From Marsupella aquatica (taxonomy: Eukaryota > Plantae > Marchantiophyta): DNA of 64,000 nt. The notes below the pieces were generated by a model. That model saw nothing but the letters and a program-made list of their open reading frames with translations, was not told the DNA's origin and did not search any database. Position 1 is the first letter of the stretch; each line of letters opens with the position of its first letter. Below are positions 25,601 to 37,580 of this stretch, piece by piece. The stretch is from contig OZ316895.1 in NCBI GenBank assembly GCA_973895155.1, forward strand, positions 19,544,803 to 19,608,802, given 5' to 3'. The position numbers were made by a program, and so were the translations under genes.

Positions 25601-26579
25601 ATTGCTATATACTTGTCAACTGATTTGACAAGTTCATTGCTGACAAGTTCCTCCCTCGGTCCCAACCCCCTTGGTTGGAGTTTTGTTACTTTTTTGTTGG
25701 TGGCTCTATCTCAACAACTTTGTTTGATACTTGCTTCTTACTTATGGCCTCAACTTTACGCGCCATCTCAACTTTGGTAGCAATACACTTTTGAGGTCGT
25801 TGAGAATCCTCTCCTCCTAAGATTGTCTTGTGTGCTCACTCCTTGCATGGTAGTTCCATGTAAATTTCAATGCTCTATTGAGCATCAATAGACAAATTGT
25901 CAAATAGATTGTAGATTCCCGCCCTCAAAGCAAAGCACATTCAATCCTCAATATTGGGTTCCCATTTGAACGTTGCATGATCAATGTACTCCTTAGTGAT
26001 AAATGCAGTGGATATATGTAGCTTCCCACAAACGTGCGGTGTCTGCCCGCTCTCACTCAACTTGCGCAGGATCGATCTCCTTGTAAGTTTCCACTAGTTT
26101 CCGTGAATAGTTGAGAAGTATTTGCCAGAAAAGCCTTGCCTAATTGACCTTAGCCATCAATACTTAGACAAAGAGATTACAGTGCTTGAACCCTAAACCT
26201 TGCAGTTGACAGTCCCTAGAGTTCCACCCAATAAGTAATATTCAAGGGTGCAAGAGGCAAAATGAATAGTGACTCTCCAAACTCTGTCCCTTAGAGCATC
26301 TCTAGCGGTCCTACTTTAACGCCCGTAAATGCCAAATATTTAGGATGGCGGTCAAATATGGAGACTTGCACCTCCCATGGGTGCCCCGTATCCCTAAACT
26401 CATAGCGGCCAACTAGCCCCTTGGTTACACTAGCCTCCAGTTTTGGCATCATTGGAAGTCGCAAGACAGACCTGCCATCCTGCCCCCCATTGTAATTGAT
26501 GGATTGCACATCACCATGCGTCATCATCTGGAAGTGACCCTCTCCGTGTTTAAGCAGACTGGCAAGTTTCAAAATGTAT

Positions 26580-29500
26580 CACTAGTACATTATGAGGCCA
26601 ATTTCCGATATGGACACCTTCGGATCCCTTTGTAAACTTTTGCCAAGAAAAATATCTCATCCGACTCTAAACGTATCGCAAATTCCGACTCTCAACCCAT
26701 CGGATAACGACAATCGGAAGATAATCGGACTTTGCGATACAAAAATTAACGCACTTTGCGTACCCAACAATAACGGAAAAGAAGCCTTCCAATGTTCTGA
26801 AAATCGGAAATGGAAGAGGGGAGCCGATACACTTCCGATACAGTTCCGATCCGTAAAGAATCGGACTTTGGGTAACTGCGAATATCGCATATTGCATATC
26901 AAAAGGTTACGCAAAGACCGTAAATAAACGTATCGAACATACCGTCGTTTGAAAGATCAGAAATACCGTTACTAGGAGTATCGGAAAGACCGTAACCGAG
27001 AATATCGGAAAGATCGATTCTTTGGGGATGGCAAATTCCGAGTTTTAGAGAATCGGACATTCCGATATTTTTAAGATCGGAGGAGTATCGGATAATTGAA
27101 GGGGTAAAATTTCCGATTATTAATTTTGGGGGTGTGGGGGTTACAATGTTGGGATGCATGGAAGTGAGCATGGGTAGCAAGAATGGTACAGTGAGACTCA
27201 AAAGGGGGAAAACCCCTGCCATTATATATACAAAAGAGGATGGCCTCCTCTAGCATGGAAAGTACAACCTTTACATGTACAGGTGTATAATCCATCTCAA
27301 CCTGCATGGTATCGTGGCCTACCTACAAATGGTCACCTGGCCTATCCATATGTTGGTGCATGTCGTCCCTTCCTCTTCTTGGCACGAGGGCGATAACTCT
27401 CTGGTCGGGTAGTGGCATCTGGCACTAACCCTAGGACCCTGTCAATGACAGCATGAGATCCAGTTGCAGCTGTGGTGCTTGGAGCTATCGCGGTACCAAC
27501 GTCACCAACATCACCTTCTAAGTCATGAGAAGGCATTGTAACACCCCCAGCATCGGAGCAAGTATGAAATGATGCACTTCCACTACCCCCTTGGGCTGCA
27601 GAGTGGTGAGACCCTGCACCTCCACTAGCCCCTGACTGGTGAGATGGAGTCCCATCACCAATGCCACCAACTGCAGTCCCACTCACCCTATTGGCCCCTG
27701 AATGACCACGAGCAGTGCTCCCACCCCCACTAGCCCCTCCACCACTAGCCCCTGAATGGCGAGAACCATTCCCGCCAACAACCCCTGAATGGCGGCGAGA
27801 ACCACCATGGGGCCCACTACCAACCCCCCCACCAGACCCGGGCCTGTACGTGAGAACCACTATGGGCCAGTGTACTACCCCGCCCACCAGCACCTGCAGA
27901 TCGATCAAAACCGCCCCGACGCCCACTACCACTTGTCCCAACACCACCTCCAGCAGCTGTAGCACCCCCACTACCTCCTGCTACTCTACGGCCACCTACA
28001 TCACCATCAGTCCTCCGTCTGGAATGACTACCTCGAGTCCCTCGGGATGTGCCGCCAATCAAGCGAACAGGGGTGGGTGCCACACTCCCCTCCTTAGCCT
28101 CAGCCTCAGACTCTGAATCTGAGGCCCCCGAACCCTCCTCGGCTGAGTCCAAACCCTCCGACTCCTCATTTGACTCCTACATACATGTAAGCAACCATGA
28201 ACCCAAGTGTTAGTGTTACAAATGACCTACAAGGGAGTGATTATAACCATATTGCATTCAAAGGTTAGAAATATGGTTTTCAATTGTGCATATACTTACC
28301 GACCCCAACTCGTCCTGCATGTGAAGTTTCAGAGCCCGCGTTCCAAATTTCTTAGCCAACTCTCTCTCAGGTGGCAAGATTGGGCGTCCATGCTCTCGCT
28401 CCTGCACCATACCCAAGATAATAATTAACCCCCCTCCCCGGCAAATGAAAATAAAATTGAAACCCCCCATTACTTGAAATACATTATTTTAAAAGTTAAT
28501 CCCTACCAAATCCCCCACATTACTTAATGAATAATAATCCCTACCTAGCCCCACACATTACTTAGAAAAATTCCCTAACACCCCCACATCCCTTTCAACT
28601 CATGGGTATCACTACCCACTCTACCTATATAAAATACTCCCTTATTATCGTGGTCTAACTATCGCAAAAAGCAACGACAACCTAAGCCCGACACTCCTTA
28701 AAAAAAACAAACCCCCCGGCGTGGCCTAAAACAGTCAAATATTCAAAATTTTGAATTTTCCCGATGCTTCCCTAATCGGACCCCTCCACCCTAAACCCCA
28801 AAACCTAAGGTCCGATGCAGGGTCCGATTCTCAGGTAATCGGACCATAATCGGAAGCCTTGTGTCCAAAACCCATAAGAGAGAGTCCCACTCCATTTCTG
28901 TCTCTTCAGCAATCGGAATAGAATCGGAAACAGAAAAAAATAAGGACAAATCAAAACTTGCGATACAGGCTCGATAACAAACGCACACGGATAAGAGGGG
29001 AGGTCTGGGAGGACTTATGCAGGCATAGCCAAGGTTGTGCCTGAGGTGATCAGGGAGAGGGAGGACCCAATTTCAAGGTGAAAATTCAGCAAGGAGGCGA
29101 GCAAGGAGGAGGGGAGCAGAGGACTTACAAACTCTGCTTTGAGACGATGCGCTCCACCCTGCCCCATTCGGTGAGTAACTGCAGGTCTCTTCTCCACCCT
29201 CTCAATTGCATTTTGAATGTAAAGTGGAGGGTCTCCAAGCAGTGCTAATTTGGCCTCCATTCCATTAAGTTTTGCTGCAGGAGGGGGATGTCAACAGTCT
29301 GTCCTGAAAGGACCCTCTTCTCTGCCTCATCGAGCTCAGCCTGCCAGTGACGTCTTGCTTGCCAAGCACGAACATGTAGCTCAGCATCAATCCAAGCAGA
29401 CCAGGCATCAATTGGTATCTCATCCGGGGGATCTCTCTACCTGATCACCTCTGCCTCCTCCTTACAATCTGCCAGGTACTTCCTCATCTTTTCTCTCACA

Positions 29501-32500
29501 TTATTACGTCTATCTGCAAGTGAACGTGAGATCTTCTTATTCAGCCATCGATCATCCAGGAAGCAGCCATTACAGAATCGCTCCTTCACTTGCTCCCTTG
29601 CTTGAAATTTCTCCTCTTCTTTCTTCTTCCCCCAGTAGTCTAAGGGGCTGAAATTTGCCCTCAACACCTGCCCTAGCTGACTTCTGAACAAATTGTAGCT
29701 CTTTGTCATCGGAGCTCCTCCCTTATTAATGAACAATTTTGGCCGTTTGACCCTTTCCTCTGCTCGTAGCCTCTCTTCCTCAATCCTTGCCCTCTCTGCA
29801 GCTCGAGCCTCCTTTCTAAGCCTCTTCTCTCTTTCTTGTGGTGAGAGGGCCTCCACTGGCCTGCCTTTCCTCTCCTCCTTCCTCTTTCTTTTTTTCTCCT
29901 TTCCTTTCTCTAGCCTCTCCATGAAAGCCTTCTCTGCTTCACTTATGGCAGATTGCCTGGATTCGTCAATCAGGCCCTGGGTCAATTGAGCTGCTATGGC
30001 TGCAGCTTCAACAGACAGGCCTGCTTGCCTCTTGAAAATCTCTGCCATAATGTCCGAGATCTGCTGTGACGGCCCTGCTCCATCTCCACCCACCCTGGCT
30101 GCTCCGTCTCCTCCCCCCCCCAGCCGTGCCATTCCCCTCCATAGCCTCGACCTCCAATGCGTGCTCCTCCACTTTGTGTTCACTCGGCAGCTCCTCCCAA
30201 GTTGCATCCGAAACCAAGCCCGATACAAAGACATTCGTACTTTAGTTGGGAAAAGTACCAAACCCTATTGTGCCCTCCATCCGACTTTTTAAGAATCGGA
30301 ACATCCGATACTTGAACTATCAAAAACGGGATCGGAAATAGCGATGCTTAAAGTATCGGACCCCTCTTCCAATATGATCGGACTTAGCTTGTCCATTATT
30401 TTTTATGCCTTTAAGGATGGATTTATAATAAGTTAGTCAATGGGGGGGGGGGGGCTGGGGATGTGGTAAGGAAATGTAAGTTTAGTTGATGTGAAAACTT
30501 GCATTGTAATTGTAGGCCTGGTTGAGTAGCCGGATTTTGTTTGGGCGGTGGGGTTCTTGAATAAAAGCCGGTTATAGGTGCGGTAACGTCCCCCTTACGA
30601 CAACATACTTTTGGGGTTGAACGGTATGATCATTGACCCACTCACATTAAAAGTTTTGACAAATTTGTCCACCTTGTATGTGGATTTAATTTTGGGGGCC
30701 AAACAAAGTTAACCTCATGTGCGTGTATTGTGCAGTATTTTTTTGCGGAGGGTTGGGTCGTTCTCTTTGTTTGTATTTTTGTAGGTCCATTTTTGCAATG
30801 CATTATGCATCACGATAGGCCGTGCATCCGAAAGGTATGATATACTCCCTTTATCATTTGGAGGTGAGCACTTTAAGTATATATTTGGCTAAACTTTTTT
30901 CATTGATGGCCACAATATATAGTGGATATGATTCTATGGGGACATATGTATAGATAAATTCTGATGGTATTCCTTTAATTGTGCAGACATTTCGGATATT
31001 GTCTTAGCATATATTCTAAGGCCAAGATCCTAGTAGGCATTGTTCAGTGCGGATATCATTTAGGTAAGATGCACAGTCATTATTTTTAATTATTCGCTTA
31101 GTGTAAACTAGGTTCCAATCTTGACATATTGTATTTAGGGTACTTAATATGAGTGGGAACGATTTTTGACATGTGATTAATTTTCACATTGATGGGCAGA
31201 TGTCAAATTCTGGGAGTTCCGAGTCAGATTCTGACTCGGACTCGTCATCTTCTGAGGGGGACATTCCTCCCCCCCCCTCCAAGGCCGCATCATCCTCCTC
31301 CTCCTCTAGGCCCCATTCCATGTTGGTGTGTGCGATGTAAGGGAATGGTGGTTTGTCAAGCTTGGGAGTGTATTGAGCATATTGAGAATTATGGGCAACA
31401 CCAACCTGATTTACCAGGACATTCAGCTCACCAAGTATGCACCCCATACTCTCATCCCACACATTTTGAAGGAAACATAATTTGCCACTTACAATCATGG
31501 CCACTATCATCATATATTTATTAATTTTGGATTTTTTTTGAATGAATAGGTGCCCCGTAGGCCCCCTCCTCCATTGATCTCTAAAGAGCTATGGCTAGAC
31601 ATATTCTTGGCTAGTGCAAGACGGATGCTTGCATCAACATCTACACCCCCTCCTCCTGCCCCGTGCCCCAATGGTGAGGGCGGGAGTGTACCTGTAGCAA
31701 GGGTGGAGGACATTGAGCAAGGTGACCTGGAGGTACCTCCATCTAGGGTTCTACGCACCGGCCCACGCTCCCATAGGCATAGGAGACATTACGAACCATT
31801 GGGCACTCGTGAGTCTCAAGACCCAAACTTGGTAGGTCCGCCTATGATGAAGCCAGGTGAGGGTTATGTGGTAGTGGAGGGTAGGTTGGGATTGTCATAT
31901 CTCACTGGAAAGGCGTTGCCTCTTGTGAAGGACTTCTCGTCTGAGATATTCAAAATCCCTCAAGGCATACCCACTAATGCCCCTATAGAGATATGGGGCC
32001 GTCATTGGATAGTGCAGTCATCTTCCCTTGGTGTTGATGTAGGATTTGGGTTATTTGCTTTGGAGGACATTGTGGTCCATCCAAAGCCATGGCGAAGAGG
32101 TTATGATGGGGAACACTTATTTCCTTATATTGGCCCTATATACACTGCCAAGAATTGGAACATTATTTTACGGCAACAACCATCATGGGGAGTGTATGCA
32201 TTGCAAATGGATTCCGATCCGGATGAGGTCCTCAAGAGGCCTTGGCATTGTAGGATGATTGATGGTGATCCTGTGCGATGTGATAACATCGCTGGGTATA
32301 TCAATAGTACCAAAGGGAGAGGACGAGGACTTCAACCAAATGTAGAGTGGGTTCAGATTTTTGGGGCACCGCCACCACCTTACTATGTGAAGCATATGGA
32401 TGACCATGTTATGACTGTAGCCATTAGGACTATTAGGGCTGGTGAGGAACTCTTTTGTGACTATGATTGGAACGCGCCTAAGATGGCCATACGGTGTCGT

Positions 32501-32502
32501 CC
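26580..32502 (+). mobile_element. CACTA/EnSpm DNA transposon 2 (diverged relative, opposite orientation) carrying a SET gene; TnpD half missing
   Basis: Starts CACTAGTACATTATGAGGCC at 26580; dense TCCGAT/ATCGGA array 26600-27120; ORF2 and SET genes homologous to CACTA 1. Confidence 0.92.
27342..30261 (-). pseudogene. TnpA/Ptta-like ORF2 of CACTA 2 (donor at 29128; exon 28300-28401; last exon from 28176)
   Basis: KSYNLFRSQLGQVLRANFSPLDYWGK, THRMGQGG, RAKKRKGR; same 102-nt middle exon as CACTA 1; frameshifts. Confidence 0.75.
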
Positions 32503-32587
32503 TGTGACACGGGCAACGTGTCACTTGACCGAACCCAGGTCGAAGATTAGGACTTATACGGTCATAAGGACCGTAGCCATAGCGTAG
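31200..32587 (+). CDS. SET-domain protein of CACTA 2 (exon 1 31200-31434, exon 2 from 31550); near-intact; last 27 aa come from the inserted LTR
   Basis: Uninterrupted 345-aa exon-2 ORF: GFGLFALEDI, YIGPIY, DNIAGYINST, PNVEW, VAIRTIRAGEELFCDY; exon 1 has one extra C in the C9 run at 31269-31277. Confidence 0.88.
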
Positions 32588-35014
32588 AATAGCACGTATA
32601 GCCGCCAAGTTGCCATTATGATTAGATTAGGAGTAGGTTAAGATAATCGAATAATTACGAGTTCAGGAAAGGGATTATTACGCACGACCGAGGTACGGTG
32701 GCGGCAGCGGAGTAAAAATCAGTTAGAAGAATCACGCTTGGACTGAGATGCCGACTTCAGCTCGTTATCAATGACCAAACGGCCTGACCTTCTCACACTC
32801 GGGCTCGTCCTGGCACCCCCATAAGAGAGGAGCCGATGGCACTGCGGGCCATTCGCTCACATTTACCTTTTTGGAATTCACGGACGCTGCCATCCGCTCG
32901 CCTTTTTGATTGAATCCAGTCGACCTTTACGAGGAAATTATCGAGGGAGAAGAGCGGAATGTGGCGAGATTTAGTCAGGACGAGCGAGGCCTCCGCGAAA
33001 AAGGACCAGCCAGGTGGGAACGTGGATGCAACAAACCGGACTACGAGGTTAGTATGACCCTCACAGCCTTGGGATTTTGGACCTTGTTTGGCGAGGTAGG
33101 TGCTAAGTTCTCCGAGACTTACTGGTACTCTTGCCCCGAGAAAGCCGCTTACGAACGAAGGTACGCGAAGCTGGTAACCAAGGTAGCACTGGTTAATTGC
33201 GAAAGGACAGCCATCACCAGGGATTCTAGCTATAACGAGCTGCGAGACTACATCACCGAACTATATCTCAGCAGAAAGGGCTTAGATCGGTAGCAGAGGC
33301 GATTCTTGAGGTTCCAGCTAAGTTCTTTAAGCTGAAGGGCAACCAGCGGCTTACTCAAGCGGAGTTCGACAAGATTCCGGGGTACCTAGACCAGCAGATC
33401 GCAGCCGAAAAGCACCAAGAAGACATCAGCAGACAACGGAACGGGCTTCTGGGAGATTTCTCTCATCAAATTGCCCGGGATACCGGGGAGTTCATGGCCC
33501 GGAAGGTAGCCTGTTTCTTCAATCAGGAGTTGGTTGCCGCCGTAAAGGCAGGTCGGGCCCAGTCGGAGGCCCTTCAGAGGATAGAGCGGTACCGGGTGGA
33601 GTCCGTGTACCTAAAGAACGAAGTGGCGGCTCAAGAGGCTGAGCTTCTGCAACTACGACCCAAGGTTGCAGCCGCCGATGAGTTGTTAGCAAAGGCGTAC
33701 GCTCTTACCGCCCTAGCCGAACAGGCCAAAGCTGGGAACGAGGCCGAGATTACACGACTCCGGAACCAGATTGACAGTTTGAAGAAACAAGCTGTCACCT
33801 GGCAGAAAGACCTGGAGGAGGCCGAGGAGCGAGCCCAGCGGGACGCGACGGAGATAGCCACGCTGCAGGCCGAGATGGCGTGGCTCCAAACCGAGGCCGA
33901 GAAGCAGGACCAGCTGGCAAGTAAACTGACGAGCGACGCCCAGCAGCTGGAGGAGGCATGTCAGGAGGTAGCAGAGGAGACGGACGCGGCGAGGCGAGAG
34001 AACGAATCTCTGCTGGACCAGGTCCAGCTCCTCAAAGCGGACAATGATAGGCTTCGAAGGTAGCGGGATGGCCGTTCCCATTCGGGCGGCTCTGGCAAGC
34101 GTGCCAGGCATTAGCGGCGGAGTAGGAATAGATTAGGATTAGGATTGGCTTAGTCAGGCTCTTGGGACAGGCACCTGCCTTAGGTACAGCAGCGCTGCCC
34201 TGCTGTCCAGCCTGCGTAGATTAGGATCTTCTAATAAGACACAGCCGTTTTCCGGCCTGACTGTCAGCTTAGTTAGGACCTTGGTCAGCGGATCTTCGGC
34301 GGGAGGACGCCCCGTTCCTCGGCTCTTAGTATTTAGTGCACCCCTCGGTAGAGGCAAGGGGGGGGTTTTTAGTTTCAGAGTCGGACATCCGCGGGACATG
34401 CGGGGAGTCCCGACCTCTGGGAATGACAGAGTACCAAGGGGAGGGGGTAGGACTAAGCTCGCCGGGCGAGTGCGGAGCCGGGCTCCGTTGTAGTGTGCAC
34501 CCTTGGCCTTGAACCTGTGCATTCCAGGGCTGTCGTGTCAACTAAGTGTACGCATATGTTCCCTTTGTAGTAAAATCCTTTCCCATCATTTTTCCTTCGT
34601 GTAAATCGAGATTGTATGCATGTGTGCGCATATGTGTGTGGGTTTCTCGTATATGGGTGGCAGCGCCGGGCCGAACGCACTACCCGAGACGTGCACAGGG
34701 TGCAGCCTGCGGGTAAGTGGTTGCGAGCACGGGTTGAGGACCTGTATCATCGAATTCGGATCGAAGGCGGACAGCACAAAGGCTTAGAAGCCCTTAAGCC
34801 GGGGTCGATCCTGCTATCGACTAAGGTACGTTCCGGCGGCGGAACACAAACCATACCTAGGAGGTGTCCATATTTAGCAGTATGCGCACTTAGCGCTAGT
34901 TTACGAGAATAAGGTGCATTACGTGCTTCCCTTCCTGCCCGAACCCTCAGATTTATGAGGGATGTGCCCGTCTAAGCTGAAGTCTGAGTTAAGGCCGAAG
35001 CCTACGACGTGACA
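32503..35014 (+). mobile_element. Solo LTR-like element (2.5 kb, TGTGAC...GTGACA) containing ORFs; no TSD
   Basis: 5' end TGTGACACGGGCAACGTGTCAC matches the reverse-strand end at 60722; flanks CGTCC and GTGGG differ. Confidence 0.75.
33494..34063 (+). CDS. Coiled-coil ORF inside the LTR-like element
   Basis: Open 189-aa ORF rich in A/E/Q/K heptads; homologous to the broken ORF at about 6247-6806. Confidence 0.6.
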   Translation: MARKVACFFNQELVAAVKAGRAQSEALQRIERYRVESVYLKNEVAAQEAELLQLRPKVAAADELLAKAYALTALAEQAKAGNEAEITRLRNQIDSLKKQAVTWQKDLEEAEERAQRDATEIATLQAEMAWLQTEAEKQDQLASKLTSDAQQLEEACQEVAEETDAARRENESLLDQVQLLKADNDRLRR

Positions 35015-36100
35015 GTGGGTGGTGATCTAACATGAAGAAGGTCGGATGGAAGTAATGTGCAACCTGTTGCCCAATGTATGTTGCCAAGTCCCATGATAGG
35101 TCCTGACTAAACTTCTGGACCAGATCATAGGCCAAGGTCTCGGGGACTACTTGGTAGTCCTCCACTCGCTCAGGCAAAGGTGCATCCACGGTTGGGGCGA
35201 CAACTTCCTCCGTAGTCTACACAGGGGAAGGAATGGGTCCCTTAGGTGGGGGTGGAATCAAGGGTGGTTGCATTGGGGGTAGCGGGGGTTCAACGATAGG
35301 GGGTGGTGGTGGCCCATTGTTCACAATGGTGCCGAACAGAGTAGAAGATGGGGGAGCAGGCTGCGACGTAGCGGGGTTGGGGTTTACCCAAGCCGTGGTG
35401 GTCGGGGCACTTGACGCAGTACTTCTTGGGGTGGGGGTGGCATCGGTTGGGGCCAAGGTGGCCATATTCTTCCCTCTGGTCTCACGCCGCTATTTGTACC
35501 AGCCTAGGATGATCGCGATTTGACTCCCTAGGTAAGTCTTCCCCCCAATAGGCTTGCCTGTCTGAGCTCGCTTGAGCTCCCCCAAAAACCGGCGGCTAAA
35601 GAATTGGACCCAGTTCCGCCGCTTGTACTGCTCCACCTGCACAATTGTGCAAAGGGAAATCTCAGACCAAGGTTCAATCATGTGCGGGGTAGTCCGTATG
35701 AAGTTTAGCCGCTCTATAGAGACTAAGTTGGTACATGATCCCTGTTTGTACCCATTGTCCATTTTGCCCTCTAGTTTGAAGTGCTTGGGCGTGTACTCGT
35801 TATCCCTAATCCGGAGTTTGATTGACACTGGTCTGGTTGGCAGACCGGTACTCCATGAGGGACAGAGTTTGCCCCCATACCTTGGTGGCAAGCGTATATA
35901 TAAAAATTGGAGATGAACTCGTACACCTCCCTTGCCCCGGAGGCGGTAGTCCTCTAGTTTAAATGAGAAAATTGCTCCAACTGATGCTCCTTAAGATAGT
36001 CCGTGTGTGATGGGTTCTTGATCACGGTCCAAACCACCTCAGGGATGCGGATTACTTGCAGCAGGTTTGGCTATGTGGCAGGGGGCTTGCGTTTGTTGCT
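35015..36100 (-). mobile_element. Fragment of the same LTR-like family (homolog of about 58330-59420)
   Basis: LVQKFSQD...YIGQQVAHYF and FFSRRFLGEL shared with ORFs at 57826-59212; nucleotide similarity visible by eye. Confidence 0.8.
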
Positions 36101-37027
36101 TCCTTATGCTCCATCCCGACAACACAAACTCTAGTCCGCTGATTCAAATCAATTGTCCACTACAATCTAGTCGATGATTGCCCTTGGTCTACTGCTGCAC
36201 ATCAGCTGCAAAAATTCCATCCCTCTCATCCTCTAATGATCAACAGTAGCTCACCTTATTTCACAATCAATCAACATAATTCATCTTGAAGGTCTCCTTC
36301 ACATAAAAGAAGTCTTCCTCCACCATAACACTCTTCACGTGCTTCAAGAACTTCAAACAAACTCGCAACAATTTGCGCAGAAAAATCACCAACATACCTC
36401 CCTCCAACATCTGATTTTTCTCTCACCAACCAGATCTCAGTTGGTGCTCATACTTTTCCAAAAGGTGCGCCTACTTCCCTTCTAACTCCACAAAACATAT
36501 CAGCCAATTTGGTTGAATGAATGTGGCGCTGGAAAATTTTTGCCGTTGCTGATTTTTCCTACCACGAGTTTTCCAAGATTTTCACTTTGGTGACTTGTTA
36601 ATTTGACATTGTTTTCCAATTCGACTTATCTCTTCAACCATGCTCCTTGCAATTAGTGCATTTCCCAACCACCATATCTCACCAATCAATGGTAGGTTGA
36701 GTCTTCATTCCTACCTAACTCCACGTCTTAATCAGGTTCATCACCGATAAAATAATTCTCTAAATTTTCTTTATTCCTTTGATTACCCTCTTCCTCTTTT
36801 TTCCTTCTTTTGAATACCCTCAATGTTTTTAGAGTATCCCAACATAATAGAATACCTTGGGCAAATTTTAGATTACCCTAGGTGCCATTTCCTGTGTGTA
36901 TATGATTACCCTTGTCCACATTAGAGTACCCTAGTTGATTTTAGAGTACCCTGCTCGACTTTAGCTTACACTGTCCCAATTTTAGATTACCGTGGTCATC
37001 TATTTTCCAACTATATTTGATTACCCC

Positions 37028-37580
37028 TGTCGCAGACGTAGTTTTGACTAAACCCCTAACTTTGGCAAATTTTCAACTCCTTAAACTAAACTCCAAAAGT
37101 GCTACAATTTTTCCAGCTTCTTCTACTACATATAATCTATACTCTGGAAACTTTTAAGACTTTTTGGACTAATCTAAGTCTACTAATAAAATATCAAAAG
37201 ATGTCATTATAGTATAAAGTCGCAAAAAACAGTATTAAGTGTCAAAGAGCCAAAGTGTTAACTTGCGAGATGGTAATGGCCATAACTTCCGAACTCCATG
37301 TCAATTTTGCCTAAAAAAATTAGGGTAGACTTCTCTATCTAAAAATCTATGTACTCATTAAAAAATCAGAGTTTTTCATGACCTACAAAGATTTGATTAA
37401 AATGTCACCAAAGGGCAATTGCTACTCTACCTTAAATTTAACCCTATTAACTTCTCACTCAATCTTCTAGGTTTAAAGTTGTCTCACGCCTACAGCCTTA
37501 CACTACACTAAAATTACATACAAAGAGGTAACTATAATTCTTAATAAGCTCAAAAAATTATCTAACAACCCTATGTGACA
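37028..37580. mobile_element. Possible small solo LTR (TGTCGCA...TGTGACA), AT-rich, abutting the Harbinger Myb gene
   Basis: Inverted TG..CA termini (6/7 match); Myb-like coding sequence starts abruptly after 37580; no TSD. Confidence 0.4.

Noticed and set aside
25331-26584. A small non-autonomous CACTA element between the two TIRs
   Set aside because: The orientation is TAGTG...CACTA and the subterminal repeats lie outside the interval, so these are the ends of two different elements.
26600-27120. CRISPR-like regularly spaced repeats
   Set aside because: The motif is only about 6 bp, irregularly spaced and in both orientations next to a CACTA TIR in eukaryotic DNA; these are subterminal repeats.
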